A stretch of DNA of 64,000 nucleotides from Candidatus Hydrogenedentota bacterium (GCA_963674865.2 CAXXYE010000008.1:416001-480000), one strand, 5' to 3'; positions 33,148 through 45,250 are shown, counted from the stretch's first letter. A program made the numbers and translations. Notes: generated by a model not told the origin, from the letters alone.

Positions 33148-36100
33148 CTACTGTAGAATGACGATCTCAGGCGCCGAGAGCAAGCCATAATCCCAGAACA
33201 ACTTTTGTTCGCCCGCAACGCCCGCGTAGCTCTGGTTGCTCATCCCTGTCATGATCTTCTCCCGAGGCTCGTAATGCGGCCCCAGGAGATTTCGGAGCGT
33301 GTTGGCGACCTCAACTTCGACTACATTTTTTCCAGGCTTGACGGCCTTTGTGATCTCGCACGCATAGGGCGGCCAAAGCACGTGGTCGACGGTGGCGCCG
33401 TTGACGCGGATCTCCGCCGAGCCCGCAAGCCCAGGCATCTCGAGCATGACGCCGCCGTCCTCGGGAACTTCGTCCAACTCGACCTCCGCGCGATACGTAA
33501 CGGTGCCCGAGTAGAAGGGCAGTCCGACCTCGGGCCAGGTGCCGAGCGGGACCGCGCTTTCCTTGGGTTCGATGGTGAAGTCGGGGTTCTTTACCGCATC
33601 CACGTCGAAAGCACCCAACAGCCAAGGGCTTTGGAGGTGGGTGGCCTGCGCGTAGCGGGCCTTGACCTCGATGGCGTTTTCCCCGCGCCGCAGCGGCGGC
33701 AGGGCCACGCGCTCAATCGCCGGGTCGAGCATCCAGCCGGCGCGCGCCGGCTCGATTTCCTCTCCATTGAGTTTTAGGGCGGCGCCTTCAGTCAGTTCCA
33801 GGGCCAGTTCAAGCCCTTCCACGGGCGCGTCGCCGTCCGCGATGCGGACAACGTACTGCGTCACCATCTCCGCCGCCTGCCCATCCTTCTCAAGCCGCTC
33901 GGCGAGCACGTCACGGGCCTGGGTGATGGATAGCAGAGCGCTCGGCCGCCCTGCCTCGATGATCCGGCATTCGTCCAAGACCAGCACGTTGGGCTCGGTG
34001 CGCGTCCCGGCCCATTCCGGCGAGATCCTCTTCGCCGGTTCCGCCCGACGCTGGGGCGTGATTTCCACTTCGCCGGGCACGGCCACCAGCGTTTTCGCCG
34101 CCCGTGGCTCCCAGTCGAGATCCAGCGTTATCTCCTCTCCCGCGGTACACGGGGCAAGCGGCCATGTTGCGCCGGTTGAGGTGTCCCACGCTTCCAACCG
34201 CCCGGTGACACCGAACGTGCATGTCATCCGCGCCTTTGTTGCCTCCCGGGACACGTTTGCCAGGTACAGGATCTCCCGCCCGTCCCAGGTTCGCCGCTGC
34301 GCCTTGATGGCCGGCACATCGTCGTCATCCGTCTTCAACGTGACGACACGCGCGCCGCGCGCGGTGAGTTCCGCCACGGCTAGGCCATAGTCAAACATGT
34401 CCACGCCGTCCGTGATTCGCAGGGCATGCTCGTCGAGCAGCTTGCGCGGCTCTTCCGAAGGCCGGCCGTCGAGCAGGCGCGGGGCTGAGCCGACGACGAT
34501 GATTTGCCCGCCCGCCTCCGCGAAGCGTCGCAGCAATTCGAGCGTGCTGGAGCGTAAGTTCACCAGAGCCGGGAGCACCACGAGCGGATAGCTCTTGACT
34601 CCGATGCGGAGTCCTGCGCCCTCAACCGCGCCGTGGCGGGCCATGAGTTCCTCGTCGCCATAGTCGTGATCGATCTGGGCGTCGAGGAGCGCCACCGACA
34701 GGCGCGTGAAGTGTTTGTCCACCAGTTCGAAAGGCATGTCGGCGTCGAAGAGGTAATTCTCCGCCTTGTTCTCCTCGCGAACACGGTAGTGCCTGTAGGT
34801 GGCGTGCATGCTCGACATAGGATGCAGGAGCAGCACATCGCATTGATGCTCGCCTTGATTCAACAGCCATCCCGTTCGGCTGATGGCGTCGAAGTGCTTC
34901 TTGACGAACTTCCAGTACGGCTCGTGCCAGTCGATGAACGGTGGGCAATCCAACTTGCGCTCGGCGCGGATGCTGTAGAAGGGCGCGTGCTGGCAGATAT
35001 GCGTCACGCCAAGGGCCATCTGGAAGTTCGTCGCCGTCTGCATCGCCTCGGGCCCCATCGCGTGCCCGCCCACGCCGTAGCTCTCGCTGAGAAGGCCGCC
35101 CTTAGCCAACTGGTGGTTCACCGAGGACGCCTGCTTAATGGTGACGACGTAGTAGCTGTAGGCCTCTTGCTCGAAGCGGCGGCTGTAGAAGTCGTTGCCG
35201 AGGATGTCGATGCCCGGCAGGCCCTGGAACTCGTACAGCGGCATGACGCCGCCCGTCTGCCGGGTGGCTTCCTTGAGCGTCGCCTCGCACAGATAGTGGC
35301 CCGAGTAGGCGACATCGTGCGCCTCATGCCACGCATGCATCGGGACGCCGAAGCCTTCGCGAAATAGTTCCGTGGCCAACGACCAGAAGTCGTAGCGAAT
35401 AGCCTCATGTCCCGGCACCTCGAAAAACAGCGCAGGGAGATGGGGGAGCAGGGAGTAGCCACGGCGCTGCTCGAAGGTCTCGGCGAAGCGGTATTCCCAA
35501 GGCAGCGACGCGGCGGGAGGCATCATGCCGGCCTCGTCCATGAACGTGTGCGTGATGGTCGTGCCGAAGAACTCCTTGAACCTGCGGTAATATTCCTCAT
35601 GCGTGAGTTCGAGGAACTTCGCCGTCGCCTTCGGATCGAGGTAGTTCAGCGCTCCGGATACCACCGGCCGGAAAAGCAGCACGCGTTTGCCCGCCCATGC
35701 CGCCGGGTCGAAGGGCAGGCTTATGGCTTCGTAGCCGATCCGATCCGGCTGGAGCAGCGCGCTCTTGTCATGCCGTCGTTGGAAACCGTGATTGATATCC
35801 GTACGCGTGACGTGGAACGCGGCGACGACGGCCTCCAGGTCAATCCCGTCCAGCGGCGTCTCACCTACGATGACGTCGTCCATGTGCAAATGCACGAGGC
35901 GGAGTTCGGGGTACATGCGCGGCAAGCGGCCGCCTGCCGAGCCGGAGGGCCAGCCCAGTTCATCGTAGATCCACGCGCAACCACCCCGCTCGCGGGCGTG
36001 TTCTACCACGGCTTTCACGCCGGCGAACCACCGCTCGTCCAAATACTCCTCGGGATCCAGGCCGCCGCGCGCGTGCATCACCGCGCCGCCCATGCCCGCG

Positions 36101-36228
36101 TCGAGCATCAGGTCGTATTGCCATACCAACCGCTCGGGGTCCAGCCGGTCATTCCAAAACCAGAACGGCGCCGGGCGGTGGTCCATCGGTGGGTTGCTGA
36201 ATAATGCCTTGCTTTTCTCCAAGTCCAT
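33148..36228 (-). CDS. GH106-like glycoside hydrolase (alpha-L-rhamnosidase family)
   Basis: RPAPFWFWND, GMGG...HARGGL, WIYDELGWPSGSAGG, FMDE, PGIDIL, SESYG, C-terminal GLPFYSG..GKNVVEVEVANTLRN. No signal peptide seen. Confidence 0.78.
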   Translation of the reverse strand: MDLEKSKALFSNPPMDHRPAPFWFWNDRLDPERLVWQYDLMLDAGMGGAVMHARGGLDPEEYLDERWFAGVKAVVEHARERGGCAWIYDELGWPSGSAGGRLPRMYPELRLVHLHMDDVIVGETPLDGIDLEAVVAAFHVTRTDINHGFQRRHDKSALLQPDRIGYEAISLPFDPAAWAGKRVLLFRPVVSGALNYLDPKATAKFLELTHEEYYRRFKEFFGTTITHTFMDEAGMMPPAASLPWEYRFAETFEQRRGYSLLPHLPALFFEVPGHEAIRYDFWSLATELFREGFGVPMHAWHEAHDVAYSGHYLCEATLKEATRQTGGVMPLYEFQGLPGIDILGNDFYSRRFEQEAYSYYVVTIKQASSVNHQLAKGGLLSESYGVGGHAMGPEAMQTATNFQMALGVTHICQHAPFYSIRAERKLDCPPFIDWHEPYWKFVKKHFDAISRTGWLLNQGEHQCDVLLLHPMSSMHATYRHYRVREENKAENYLFDADMPFELVDKHFTRLSVALLDAQIDHDYGDEELMARHGAVEGAGLRIGVKSYPLVVLPALVNLRSSTLELLRRFAEAGGQIIVVGSAPRLLDGRPSEEPRKLLDEHALRITDGVDMFDYGLAVAELTARGARVVTLKTDDDDVPAIKAQRRTWDGREILYLANVSREATKARMTCTFGVTGRLEAWDTSTGATWPLAPCTAGEEITLDLDWEPRAAKTLVAVPGEVEITPQRRAEPAKRISPEWAGTRTEPNVLVLDECRIIEAGRPSALLSITQARDVLAERLEKDGQAAEMVTQYVVRIADGDAPVEGLELALELTEGAALKLNGEEIEPARAGWMLDPAIERVALPPLRRGENAIEVKARYAQATHLQSPWLLGAFDVDAVKNPDFTIEPKESAVPLGTWPEVGLPFYSGTVTYRAEVELDEVPEDGGVMLEMPGLAGSAEIRVNGATVDHVLWPPYACEITKAVKPGKNVVEVEVANTLRNLLGPHYEPREKIMTGMSNQSYAGVAGEQKLFWDYGLLSAPEIVILQ

Positions 36229-36367
36229 GATCTCTTTCCCCGTGCAAGTAAGGCCGCATGTCATTGAAACGCCCGGATCCTACGCCCCCCGCGGCGCGAA
36301 TTCTACAGAAAAACGGCGAAAGGACGGTGTTCTTGCGAGAAAACAATCGAGAGGGCCTGATTCTCCA

Positions 36368-39300
36368 TCACGGGACCTGGAAGTCCACCTGAGTTTCGCT
36401 CGATGGCTCGATGGTGACGACCCGGGAATCATGGAAGTCAGTGTTGGACGAGGGGTGTTCATTGAACGCCGAACCGCCCCTTGACACGGTGAGCACCACC
36501 GTGTATGTGCCCGGCATCAATCCGTCGAGGCGAAAGCGGCCGTCGTCAGATACTTGGGCGGCGCCAACGCCTGCGTGCTCGAGCTCGCCCATCCTATCGA
36601 TGTTCGCCGGCAGGCTCCCTCCGGGACTCGGCAAAGCAGAGACGGTAGCGGCATCGCCGACCTGCAGTCCAGTTACCCTTCCCGCCGCTGCGCCCGCTTC
36701 CAAGAGGTCCACGTCGAGTCGTACCGGCCGGCCACTGCGCGTCTCCACCGTCAGGATGCTCCAGCGGTAGCCGCCGGTGGCCAGGCGACCCTCAACGCGC
36801 ACTTCGAGCAGGCCTGTAGGGAGGCCCTCGATGCGGTAGGTGCCATTTTGGAGGATGGGGGTGGAGAAGTGGGATCCCTCTTGCTGCTCGTCAACCGGCC
36901 ACGCCCTGACATGTCCGCTCGATACCGGCTTGCCGTCACCGAACACCGTTCCCTCGATGGTGGCGTCCAGTACGGGAAGGTCGACGTCAACAATGGTGGT
37001 CTGCCCGTGCTCGATGACGGCCCATCGGGGGCCTTGGAAATAGCTTTCCCGCGCGTCTGTGACGGCTACATAGAGTTGGATAGTCCCGGCGCTCAGCCGG
37101 CGAGGCGGTAGAATCCATTGGCATCTGTCCTCGGGTTCGCGCTGTGTGCCTGGGGCGAGGCGGCGCTTTGCTCGATTCGTACAATCGCCCCGCTGAGCGG
37201 CTCGCCCCCCAAGCGCACCGTGCCCTCGACGGCGCCGCCCAAACTAAGCACGACGGTTACACGCTCTTGGTTCAGGTTTGTGTGCAACGCCACCGTCGCG
37301 GGCGTGTACGCGGGATGATAGACGGTTAGGCGGTCGTCGAGAGCGGCCAGCGTCGACACGCGAAACGCGCCGGCTGCGTCCGTCGACGCGTCCGCTTGGC
37401 TCCGGCGGCGCAGGTTCTCGGGGGGCAGGTCGCCTATGAAGATCATGGCGCCGGGTACCGGCTTGCGGGAAGCATCCGTCACAGTGCCCTCCACAACGCG
37501 GCCCGGCTCAAGCGCGATAGCCACATTCGCGATGATCTCACCATCGCGTAAGTTAGTAACCTGATGCATCCCCGGCGCGTATCCCTCCGCGTGGACCTCG
37601 ATGAGTATGGCGCCGGCCTCCTGCCCTGCGAGCCGAAACCGCCCCTCCTCGTCGTGTACGCGGACGAGTTGCGGCTGAACCCACCCTCTTGACGTGGCCT
37701 CAATGTCCGCCGACGGGAGGAGGGCGGGCCCGACACGTACCGCGCCAATCTCGAAGACGGAAACGGGCCGCTTGCTCCGCGCATCGACCACACGGCCTTC
37801 GATGATGCCGCGCTTGACGAGGACGAAGTCAACGCCCGTCGCTCCTGCCCGGACGTTGTCACGATTCTGTTCGCCAAAATCGCCGTGCCGTGCGATAACC
37901 TGGTGCGGCCCGGCGGCCAATCCGGCTATCCGGTAACTGCCTGAAGCGTCCGTTGTAGCCCTGCCTTGGCTTTCTTCGGCGCCCGCCGAGACGGATGCGT
38001 CGCGGATGCCCTTGCCTTCCGCGTCGCTCACCCGGCCCGAAATCGATAGGCCTTCGCTTCCTTCGAGCACGATCTCTATGCCTGTAAGGTGTTCGCCCGC
38101 CTCAAGGGCGACGTCCACGCTCCTGGCCGCGTATCCGGGCGCGCGCGCAGCGAGGCTGAACGCGCCGCCATACAGGCCCGCGATCTCGAAAGCGCCGCTT
38201 GCGTCCACCTCGACTTGCACGAGGCCGAGGAAACTCTTGCTGCTCGCCGGACGGGGGAATACGACGGCCTCCTTGACGGGCCTTCCCGCCGTGTCGACCA
38301 CGCTCCCGGAGATGGCCCCCTCGGCCGTAACCACGATCTCGATGTCGGACACCCCTTCCGCGTTCAGGGCGAACGGGCCCGCCGGCGCGGAGGTAAGCGT
38401 TCCCTTTGTGGCGCGGAGGTAGGCCTGATCACCTTCGGTGAAGCCCGTCACGGCGAAGCGGCCCTCACGTCCGCTCGTCGCCTCGCTCCGCCGCCCCCGA
38501 TATCCCGTTCTCGCGATTACCAGCGCGCCCGCGATGCCGCGGCCGTCCTCGTCGATCACCCGGCCGGTGGCGCCGACTCCCAGAGATACCCCGAAATCCA
38601 CGCCATCGAGCACGGATCCAAGAGCTACCGATACAAATTGCCCTTCTCCAGGCTGCGGATCCAGCATGCCTGCTTTAGGTTGACGCGCGACTTCGTATCT
38701 GCCTTCCGCCAAGCCTTCGATTATGTATTCGCCCGACGCCGCAGACGGTTCACTGTCGCGCCGTTGGGCGGGATGCCCATCCGGCTGCGCCGCGATCACT
38801 ACACCGCCGATGCCTTCCTGCGTGTGGAGATCGTATACGCGTCCCGTGATGGCGGCCGCCCCGGCCACCTCCACGCGGACACCGGATGTCTGCTGGCCCT
38901 CGACAACGCGGAATGTCACGGCCCCTCCGACTGCCGCCAGGTGGGCGTCATCCACCGTGAGCGTATAGTCCGCGGGCCGAAGTGAGGTGATGGCGAACGC
39001 TCCCGAGGTGTCCGTCTCTGCGGCACGGCGGTCGTGTTCGAGGTCGGATACGACCACCACCTTCACGCCGCCCACGGGCTCTCCCGAGCCCTGCTCGACA
39101 ACCACGCCGCGGACGCCTCCTCCATGGCCCATGACGAGTTCCGCATCCGTTGTGCCTACGGGGATGTACTCCGTAATCAGCGTCGCGTAGCCCTCCGCCT
39201 TCGCGAGGATACGCCACCCGCCCATCCAGAGATGGGCGAACCGGAAATGGCCCGCCTCATCCGTCCTTTCCACCATCGCCGTCGCCCATTCCGCTATGAA

Positions 39301-39942
39301 GGCCTTGTCCTCGCCCTGCCGTTGGTAGGGGAAGAGCTTCACCTGGGGGACGGATTCGCCCGCTCCGTCGACCACCCGCCCGGCGATCTCGTCCGCCGGC
39401 TGCATCTTCAAGTCCACTGTCTTGAGGGGCCTATCCGGGCTGACGCGGCCTGAGCGGACGGCATAGAGTCCGCCCTTCGCGGCGCGTATCCCATATTCCG
39501 CCCACGGAAGCTCTTCAATGGCGTACCTTCCTTGGGCGTCCGTCTCCGTGGTCAGTTCCTTCGCGTCCTCCACCGGCATGGGATAGCCGCGATCCTCGAA
39601 ACGTGCCATGGTGATGGACGCGCCCCCCACCGGTTCGCCCGTCTCGGCCGTGGTAACCGTCCCGCGAATCACGCCTTCACCGCGCTCGATCCGGCGCGAT
39701 CTTCTCTGCGGCTTGATGTAGTCCCCTCGCGGCCCACTCTCCTCAAGGCGTTCCGCAATCGTCGACGAGCCGCCGTGGCGATCGGCCGATTCGTCGGCTG
39801 ATGTCTGGACGGGGCGCTTTTCCCCCGGCGGCCGCGATTCGCTGTTCTCTCCGGCTTGCTCTGTCCGGAGCAGGTGCCAGAGCAAGGCCGCGACCACAAC
39901 GAAGAAAACGACAATGAGTGCAAGGCGAATATTAGCGTTCAT
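36368..39942 (-). pseudogene. membrane-anchored protein of tandem carboxypeptidase-regulatory-like beta-sandwich repeats; split by a 1-nt deletion near 37097
   Basis: N-terminal TM, many I.G.V.D..G.PV.GA..TD..G.F...L..G.Y units. After FYRLAG the alternative frame continues LSAGTIQLYV..IEHGQTTIVDVDL..IEGTVFGDGKPV into ORF 36368..36946. Confidence 0.78.
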
Positions 39943-40004
39943 AGTGCTCCCCGGAAGATCCCGGCCCTACACATGATTGGTAGGGCCCGCGTCCAATGCC
40001 TTTC

Positions 40005-43000
40005 TTACAGTGAACCGAATGCGGGCGCAGGAAGAATCACTGCCTCGCGGCGCTCACGCAGGTCGATGGGCGTGCCGTCGGCGGCCGTCAAGCGGGCGCC
40101 CGAAACTCCAACCTCCGCCCATTTGGGAAATCTTGAGCAGAACGGTGTTGACGCCCCTTCGGCCATGCACTTCGAGCACGTCTTGATCGGGCGCGTATAC
40201 GCGGCCGCCGTCGAACCGGCCCACTTCTTCACCGTTGAACCAGCACTTGAAGCCGTCATTGCTTCCGACCTTCAGCAGGAAGTCTCCGGCTTCGGGCAGA
40301 TCCACTTCGGCATAGGCATACACTGCGTCGCTGCTGCACGGGCCGAAGATGCGGACGAGTTCCACTTGCCCGTTCGGGAGTTCGGGTAAGGTATTCGCGC
40401 CAGTTGAGCGTTCGCTCTCCGAGCGTGCAGGACTTGTTCACGTCCACGTTGGGCTCGCCGAGAAAGGCGGCGTCCAACGAGTTCAAGTAGTAGTCCCAGG
40501 GGAACGGCCCGATCAAGCGCCAGCGGACGATGCAGCCCGCACGCGCGGCGTCTTGCCCCACCTCGACGCCGAGTTTCCGGAGGTTGGCGATCAGCAGGCC
40601 GCGGTTCTTTGAGCCGTGAACGGTTGCAAGGAGACGCTTGAGGGGCCGGAGCGCCGCCTCTCGACGTTCCGCTGTCAAGGCCGCCGCGCTGAGTGTCTCA
40701 ATGTGCTCGCGCAGGGCGGCGCCGCCGCCGCAGCAAACCAGACTCCCGTCGGCCAGCGTGACAATTACCCGCCCGTCCCTGTCGATGAGAAGGCCGCCCG
40801 GGAGCGCCGGCGCCGGCAGGTCGCACTGCCACAGGATGGCGCCGCTCTTGAGGTCGAGTCCGCAAACGGCGAAGCGCTCGTGCAGGCTGCGGAAGTCGGC
40901 GGCCTCGTATACAGCCACGACTTGATTTGCGCCCAGGGCAAGCGACACCACGTCGCTGTCCGCGGGCAGGGGCGCTTTCCACATCGCCACGGGGCGCTCG
41001 TCTGGGAGGCCGCGCCTGAAATGAACCAGTATGTTGTCCACGAGATGGCATTCGGGCGGCACGCGGCGGCCGTTCACGAACACTACGAGATCCTCGTTCC
41101 AGACGGGAGGTATTTTGCCCGTGCTCAACGTTATGGATTTGTCCACTCGCGTGCCGGCCATCCTGCCAAGCGTGAAGACTCCCGGATTCACTACGCTCTT
41201 GAGGGCCGAATAGCGGAGGCGTCCGCCGTAGATGAGGAAATTGCCGCGAAGTACGCCAATTTCCTCGCCTCGGTTGGTTTGGGGCGACCCATCCTTCACC
41301 GGGAGTCCCACGTATCCCCCCGTTCCCAGATCGTAGACCGCCGGCGAGATGACGTTGCCGCCGGCCATCCATAACCGTGCATCAGCGGCGGTGAGGTATC
41401 CTTGGGCCGATACGCCCTTCCTTAAGTCCGTGTCCAGATGGCCCGAGTCGCCGTTTCGCCATTTCACTTCGCCTGTTGCCGCGTCCAGCGCATAGAGGAA
41501 GGTCCCGTCATAATCGATGATCCCGGCGGCCACGTAGGCCACGCCGTCTTCGACCAGCACGCCGCTGTTGACAGGCCACGTCGAGCACAGCGCGCCGTAA
41601 ACCATCATCTTGCGCTCGGCCGGCGCGGCCCGGAACCGCCAGAGGAGTTCCCCGTTTGCCGCATCCAGGGCGTAGAGCCAGCCATCGCCGGATCCAACGT
41701 AGACGCGCCCGCCGGCGATGGTGGGCGAGGCAAGAACGGGCCCGCCCGTTTGATACGTCCAGTGTTGAAGGCCCGTGCCTGCATCGAGGGCGTGTACCTT
41801 GCCGTCGGTACCGGCCAGGAAGAGCATGCCACCCGCGGAGGTCGCGGGCGTGGGTATACAGGTTTGCGCCGGCTCGAACGACCAGATCTGGGTGAGCTGT
41901 TCCGGCAGCGATACGGGGACACTCCCCGTATGCTCCGCACTCCCGCGATACGCTGGCCAGTCTGCGTCGGTTTCTTCCAGGCATGGTTCGGCTAATAGGG
42001 CGCCCGTGCGCTCCAACCGGCCCGCTTCGTCATCTTCCGCGGGAAGGGACGCGCTGCTCGCCGAACACAGCGCAATCGTTCCCATCAGTTGGAGATTGCA
42101 GTCGCAGAGCCACGGGCCCAGGTACGCGAGTCCGTTGGCCGCGATGAGGCCGTCGTTGCACGAAGGTCGAAAAGCTCCGTTGAAGGAGATATCGCCCGTA
42201 GCGCGGTCGTAGCGCGTCAACCCCTCGGGGTTGCCTCGGCAGAACAAGGAGTCCGGAGTCGCCGTAAGCCGGGCGCACGAGCGCTTCATAAAGCCGAGGT
42301 CTTGGATGGTTTCGCCCGTCTTCGGATCCACAGCGAGGGTGCTGCCGCCCGGCCCTATGCCCACGAACACCCGCCCGTCGAGATAGAGCATGTTGGGATT
42401 GTTGGTTGTCTTCTTGCGCTTCCATAGAAAACGCCCGTCTTCCGTGGAAAGGGCGACGACATTCATGTGCGTTTGCGCCTCGAAGAGGAGCACGCCCGGC
42501 GTGTACAGCGCATAGCATGTCGAGCGGAATCCCGGCGTCGAGCCGAGCCCCCGGCCGGGCTCCTCGATGAGCGAGCGTAATTCCGCGTCGGTGTTTTGCC
42601 AAACAAGTTTGCCGGAACGGCCGTTGCGGCGGCCTATCCGGGCGTCGGGCGCATAGAAGAACACATCGCCGTCGCCGACGGCCAGCGCCCTGGAGTCAAT
42701 CTCCGCTGCCTCTTCATGCGCCCAGCGAACCTTCTTCTCTTCCAGGTTGTACGCCACCAGCGCTTCGCCAAAGCCCCACGGCACGCGCTCTTCGTAGTAC
42801 CCTTTGCTGAGTTCGCCCCAGCTCCAATGGGAATAGGGGCTGCGTACAACAGTCGTTTCCGCGGGGTCCTTCTTCTTTCCTATGAGGGCGTATAGGGTGT
42901 TCCCCGACATCGCGATCCACTTCCATTTGCCTGGGTGCTCCGCGATTCGGATCTGGCCGAGGTCGGCACCGGTTTCCGGCGCCAGCATGCGGCAGCCTTT

Positions 43001-43906
43001 GCCGTCGAGGTCTATCAGATAGAAGATCTCATCCGTGGCCACGTAGGCCGAGCGGTGCGCCATGTAGCCGTCGGGCAGCTTCATTTGCCAAAGGGGCTGG
43101 CCGTTGTATGCGTTGCGGGCCATCAGCGTGTTGAGCCACGGCTCCTCACGTTCATGGTGGGCGATGTGTCCCATAGCGATGAAGAGCCTTCCGCCCGCCG
43201 CTGTCGTCACCGCCGGCATCGCAATGTAGTAGGGCTCGGCCAGCCACTGCGTTGCGTACGGCGCCCGAATTACGGTGTCCATTGAAACGGGATTATTGTC
43301 CGGGCCGTGCTCCCAATGACTCCAGTTGTCCACGCCTGCCCGCGCGGGTTTCGTTACTTTCACCCGCCACCCGAAGGGGCTCTTCCGGCGACTGGACTCC
43401 TCGACGCCCCCGGCCTCCAGCCATGCCGTCAAGGCTTCGCGGAGTTTGTGCGATGCTCCCGGCTCGCCCACCAGGATGGCCTTCCCGCGCGGGCGGAGGA
43501 CGCGCAGCACTTCCGCGGCCGGCGGCAAGGCCGCGACGGTGGATGCCGTGAGATCCGTCGCCACAACGAGGTCGGCCATGTTGTCAATATGCGGCAGGCG
43601 GCTGAATGCCTCTCGGTCGACGGCAACGCGGCGCAGGTATTGTTCGTCCTTATCCACGCGCTCCCGGGCAAGGGCCACCCGTGCCCCATCCGGGTCCAGC
43701 ACATGCACGAAGAAGCTGGTGCAACGCACCATCGCCTCGGGGAATGAACCATCCCCGGCCCCCAGTACCACACACACGCCCCGCGTCATCCCCGCCTCAT
43801 CTGCGACGTGCCTGGCCATGAGCTCTTCGCGGGTTCCCGTCTGTGCCCCCGCCGACATCGCTACGAAGCACGCCAGCAAAATGCCAAAGACGATGCTCCT
43901 CTTCAT
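40005..43906 (-). pseudogene. secreted methyltransferase-fold + PQQ-like beta-propeller protein with C-terminal beta-sandwich; two 1-nt insertions near 40385 and 40100
   Basis: MKRSIVFGILL signal peptide at 43906, GVCVVLGAGDG, WSHWEHGPDNN, many ALDA.TG...W repeats. Removing one C in ACCC and one G in GGGC gives REYLTELPNGQVELVRIFG..GSNDGFKCWFNG..GGWSFGARLTAADG. Confidence 0.75.
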
Positions 43907-43946
43907 GGCGCGCACCCCTCTCAAGTTGGATTGAGACTGCGCATTC

Positions 43947-43975
43947 AGTATAGCGCCCGGTGGCCGAGTTGCCAA
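43947..43975 (-). promoter_or_regulatory. sigma70 promoter for the PQQ-propeller gene
   Basis: Minus strand TTGGCA-17 nt-TATACT, 40 nt upstream of ATG 43906. Confidence 0.6.
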
Positions 43976-43995
43976 TTGTGCCGCGCTCGGCCGGC

Positions 43996-44958
43996 TCAGG
44001 AGAGGGGAACGTCCTCGTGGTTGTCCGGCACTGGCTCGGAAAGAGGGTCGTGAAGCGGCTGCTCCGAGACTCGTTCGTTGCCTTCGAGCCGGAGCCACGT
44101 GTCGAAAACCGCACTGCCTTCCCAGAGCCGGATTACGCGGGCGCCCCGTTTGAAGCCTTCCCTGCCGTAGCAACTGAAACCTGAGCCGCGTCCGTAGCAG
44201 AGGCGAATGCCGCGCAGCTCGCCCTCGTAATCGTTGACATGGTCGTGTCCCACGAACACGCCGCGCACATCCCCCGTCGCGCAGAACGCCTCGAAACACC
44301 CCGAGTTTACGGTAGGGCAGCCGACGCCCTCATAATTGTGGCCTCGGCAGGGGTGATGATTCCAGACCTCTTCATACTCCGGCAACGGCACGTGAAAGAA
44401 GGCCAATGCGGGGGGCTGGATGCCTGCATTGGACTTCCGCATAGCCTGGGCCGTTTCCTTGTACCACGCAATCTGATCCTTGCGGATCCAGCCCCACCCC
44501 GAGTCCGGCGGGGGAGTCGGGACGTCCAGGAAGTAGAGGAGCCACGCCACCCGCTCGCCCGAAGATGCGTAGAGCCGCAGTGCGAAGTTGCCCACCCCGT
44601 TCACGTTCTCGGGGCCCGGTTCCGATAGGCACCCCGGCACGGTTTGCTGCAACGCCATGAGGCCTTCCCGGCTCAACGCGCCCTCATCGTCGTGGTTCCC
44701 AAAGGTTGCCGCCCAAGGCAGCTTCCGCTCAACGATGGGCTCTACTGCATTCAGCCATGAGGCGGCAGGGTCGGCGGCCGCATCGCCGAATATCAAGTCT
44801 CCCGTTAGCACCGCGAGATCGGGCTTCTCTGCGTCGAGGATCTCCGCCATGAGGACGCGCGTCTGAAGATCTTCCGGCTCCCCGTTGATCCAATGCGTGT
44901 CGGTAAACTGAACAATCGTGAACGGCCTGTTCTCCTGAAAGTGCAGCGGAGCGGTCAT
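43996..44958 (-). CDS. calcineurin-like metallophosphoesterase (Dcr2/PAP-like)
   Basis: FTDTH, LTGD, FGNHD, FFHVP, VGHDHVND, YGR.SG..YG, GARVI. Confidence 0.9.
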   Translation of the reverse strand: MTAPLHFQENRPFTIVQFTDTHWINGEPEDLQTRVLMAEILDAEKPDLAVLTGDLIFGDAAADPAASWLNAVEPIVERKLPWAATFGNHDDEGALSREGLMALQQTVPGCLSEPGPENVNGVGNFALRLYASSGERVAWLLYFLDVPTPPPDSGWGWIRKDQIAWYKETAQAMRKSNAGIQPPALAFFHVPLPEYEEVWNHHPCRGHNYEGVGCPTVNSGCFEAFCATGDVRGVFVGHDHVNDYEGELRGIRLCYGRGSGFSCYGREGFKRGARVIRLWEGSAVFDTWLRLEGNERVSEQPLHDPLSEPVPDNHEDVPLS

Positions 44959-45099
44959 ACGCATTCCTTGCGTCTAGAAGCAGACTGCCTGTTGCAGGGC
45001 TGGGTGAATGACGAGCCTGCTGTCTGGGCCATCACATCAAGAAAATCGGCTCCAACGTCTGCATGCACAGGCCATTGGAGCCGAATGTTCTGCTTTATA

Positions 45100-45175
45100 T
45101 GGTGGAGATGAGGGGGATCGAACCCCTGACCTCTTGTCTGCCAGACAAGCGCTCTCCCAACTGAGCTACATCCCC
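45100..45175 (-). tRNA. tRNA-Ala(GGC)
   Basis: GGGGATGTAGCTCAGTTGGGAGAGCG-CTTGT-CTGGCAG-ACAAG-AGGTCAGGGGTTCGATCCCCCTCATCTCCACCA; G3:U70 pair, encoded CCA. Confidence 0.97.
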
Positions 45176-45221
45176 ACGAACCGGGGCGACACTGCCGCAC
45201 CGAGCCTCTTGGGCGAAGGGA

Positions 45222-45250
45222 ATTATACGGAACGTCGGCCTTTCAGTCAA
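45222..45250 (-). promoter_or_regulatory. sigma70 promoter of tRNA-Ala
   Basis: Minus strand TTGACT-17 nt-TATAAT. Confidence 0.85.

Noticed and set aside
37093..37095. TGA as possible selenocysteine or readthrough codon
   Set aside because: The downstream coding region is in a different frame, so a frameshift explains it.
43907..44299. 131-aa N-terminal extension of the 1347-aa ORF
   Set aside because: It overlaps the phosphoesterase gene; the signal peptide and promoter indicate a start at 43906.
45138..45144. C32-G38 pair in the tRNA-Ala(GGC) anticodon loop
   Set aside because: A 32-38 Watson-Crick pair is a known feature of tRNA-Ala(GGC).
30490..45175. Same-strand accessory genes downstream of tRNA-Ala as a genomic island
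   Set aside because: No mobility gene, att repeat or obvious compositional shift by eye.
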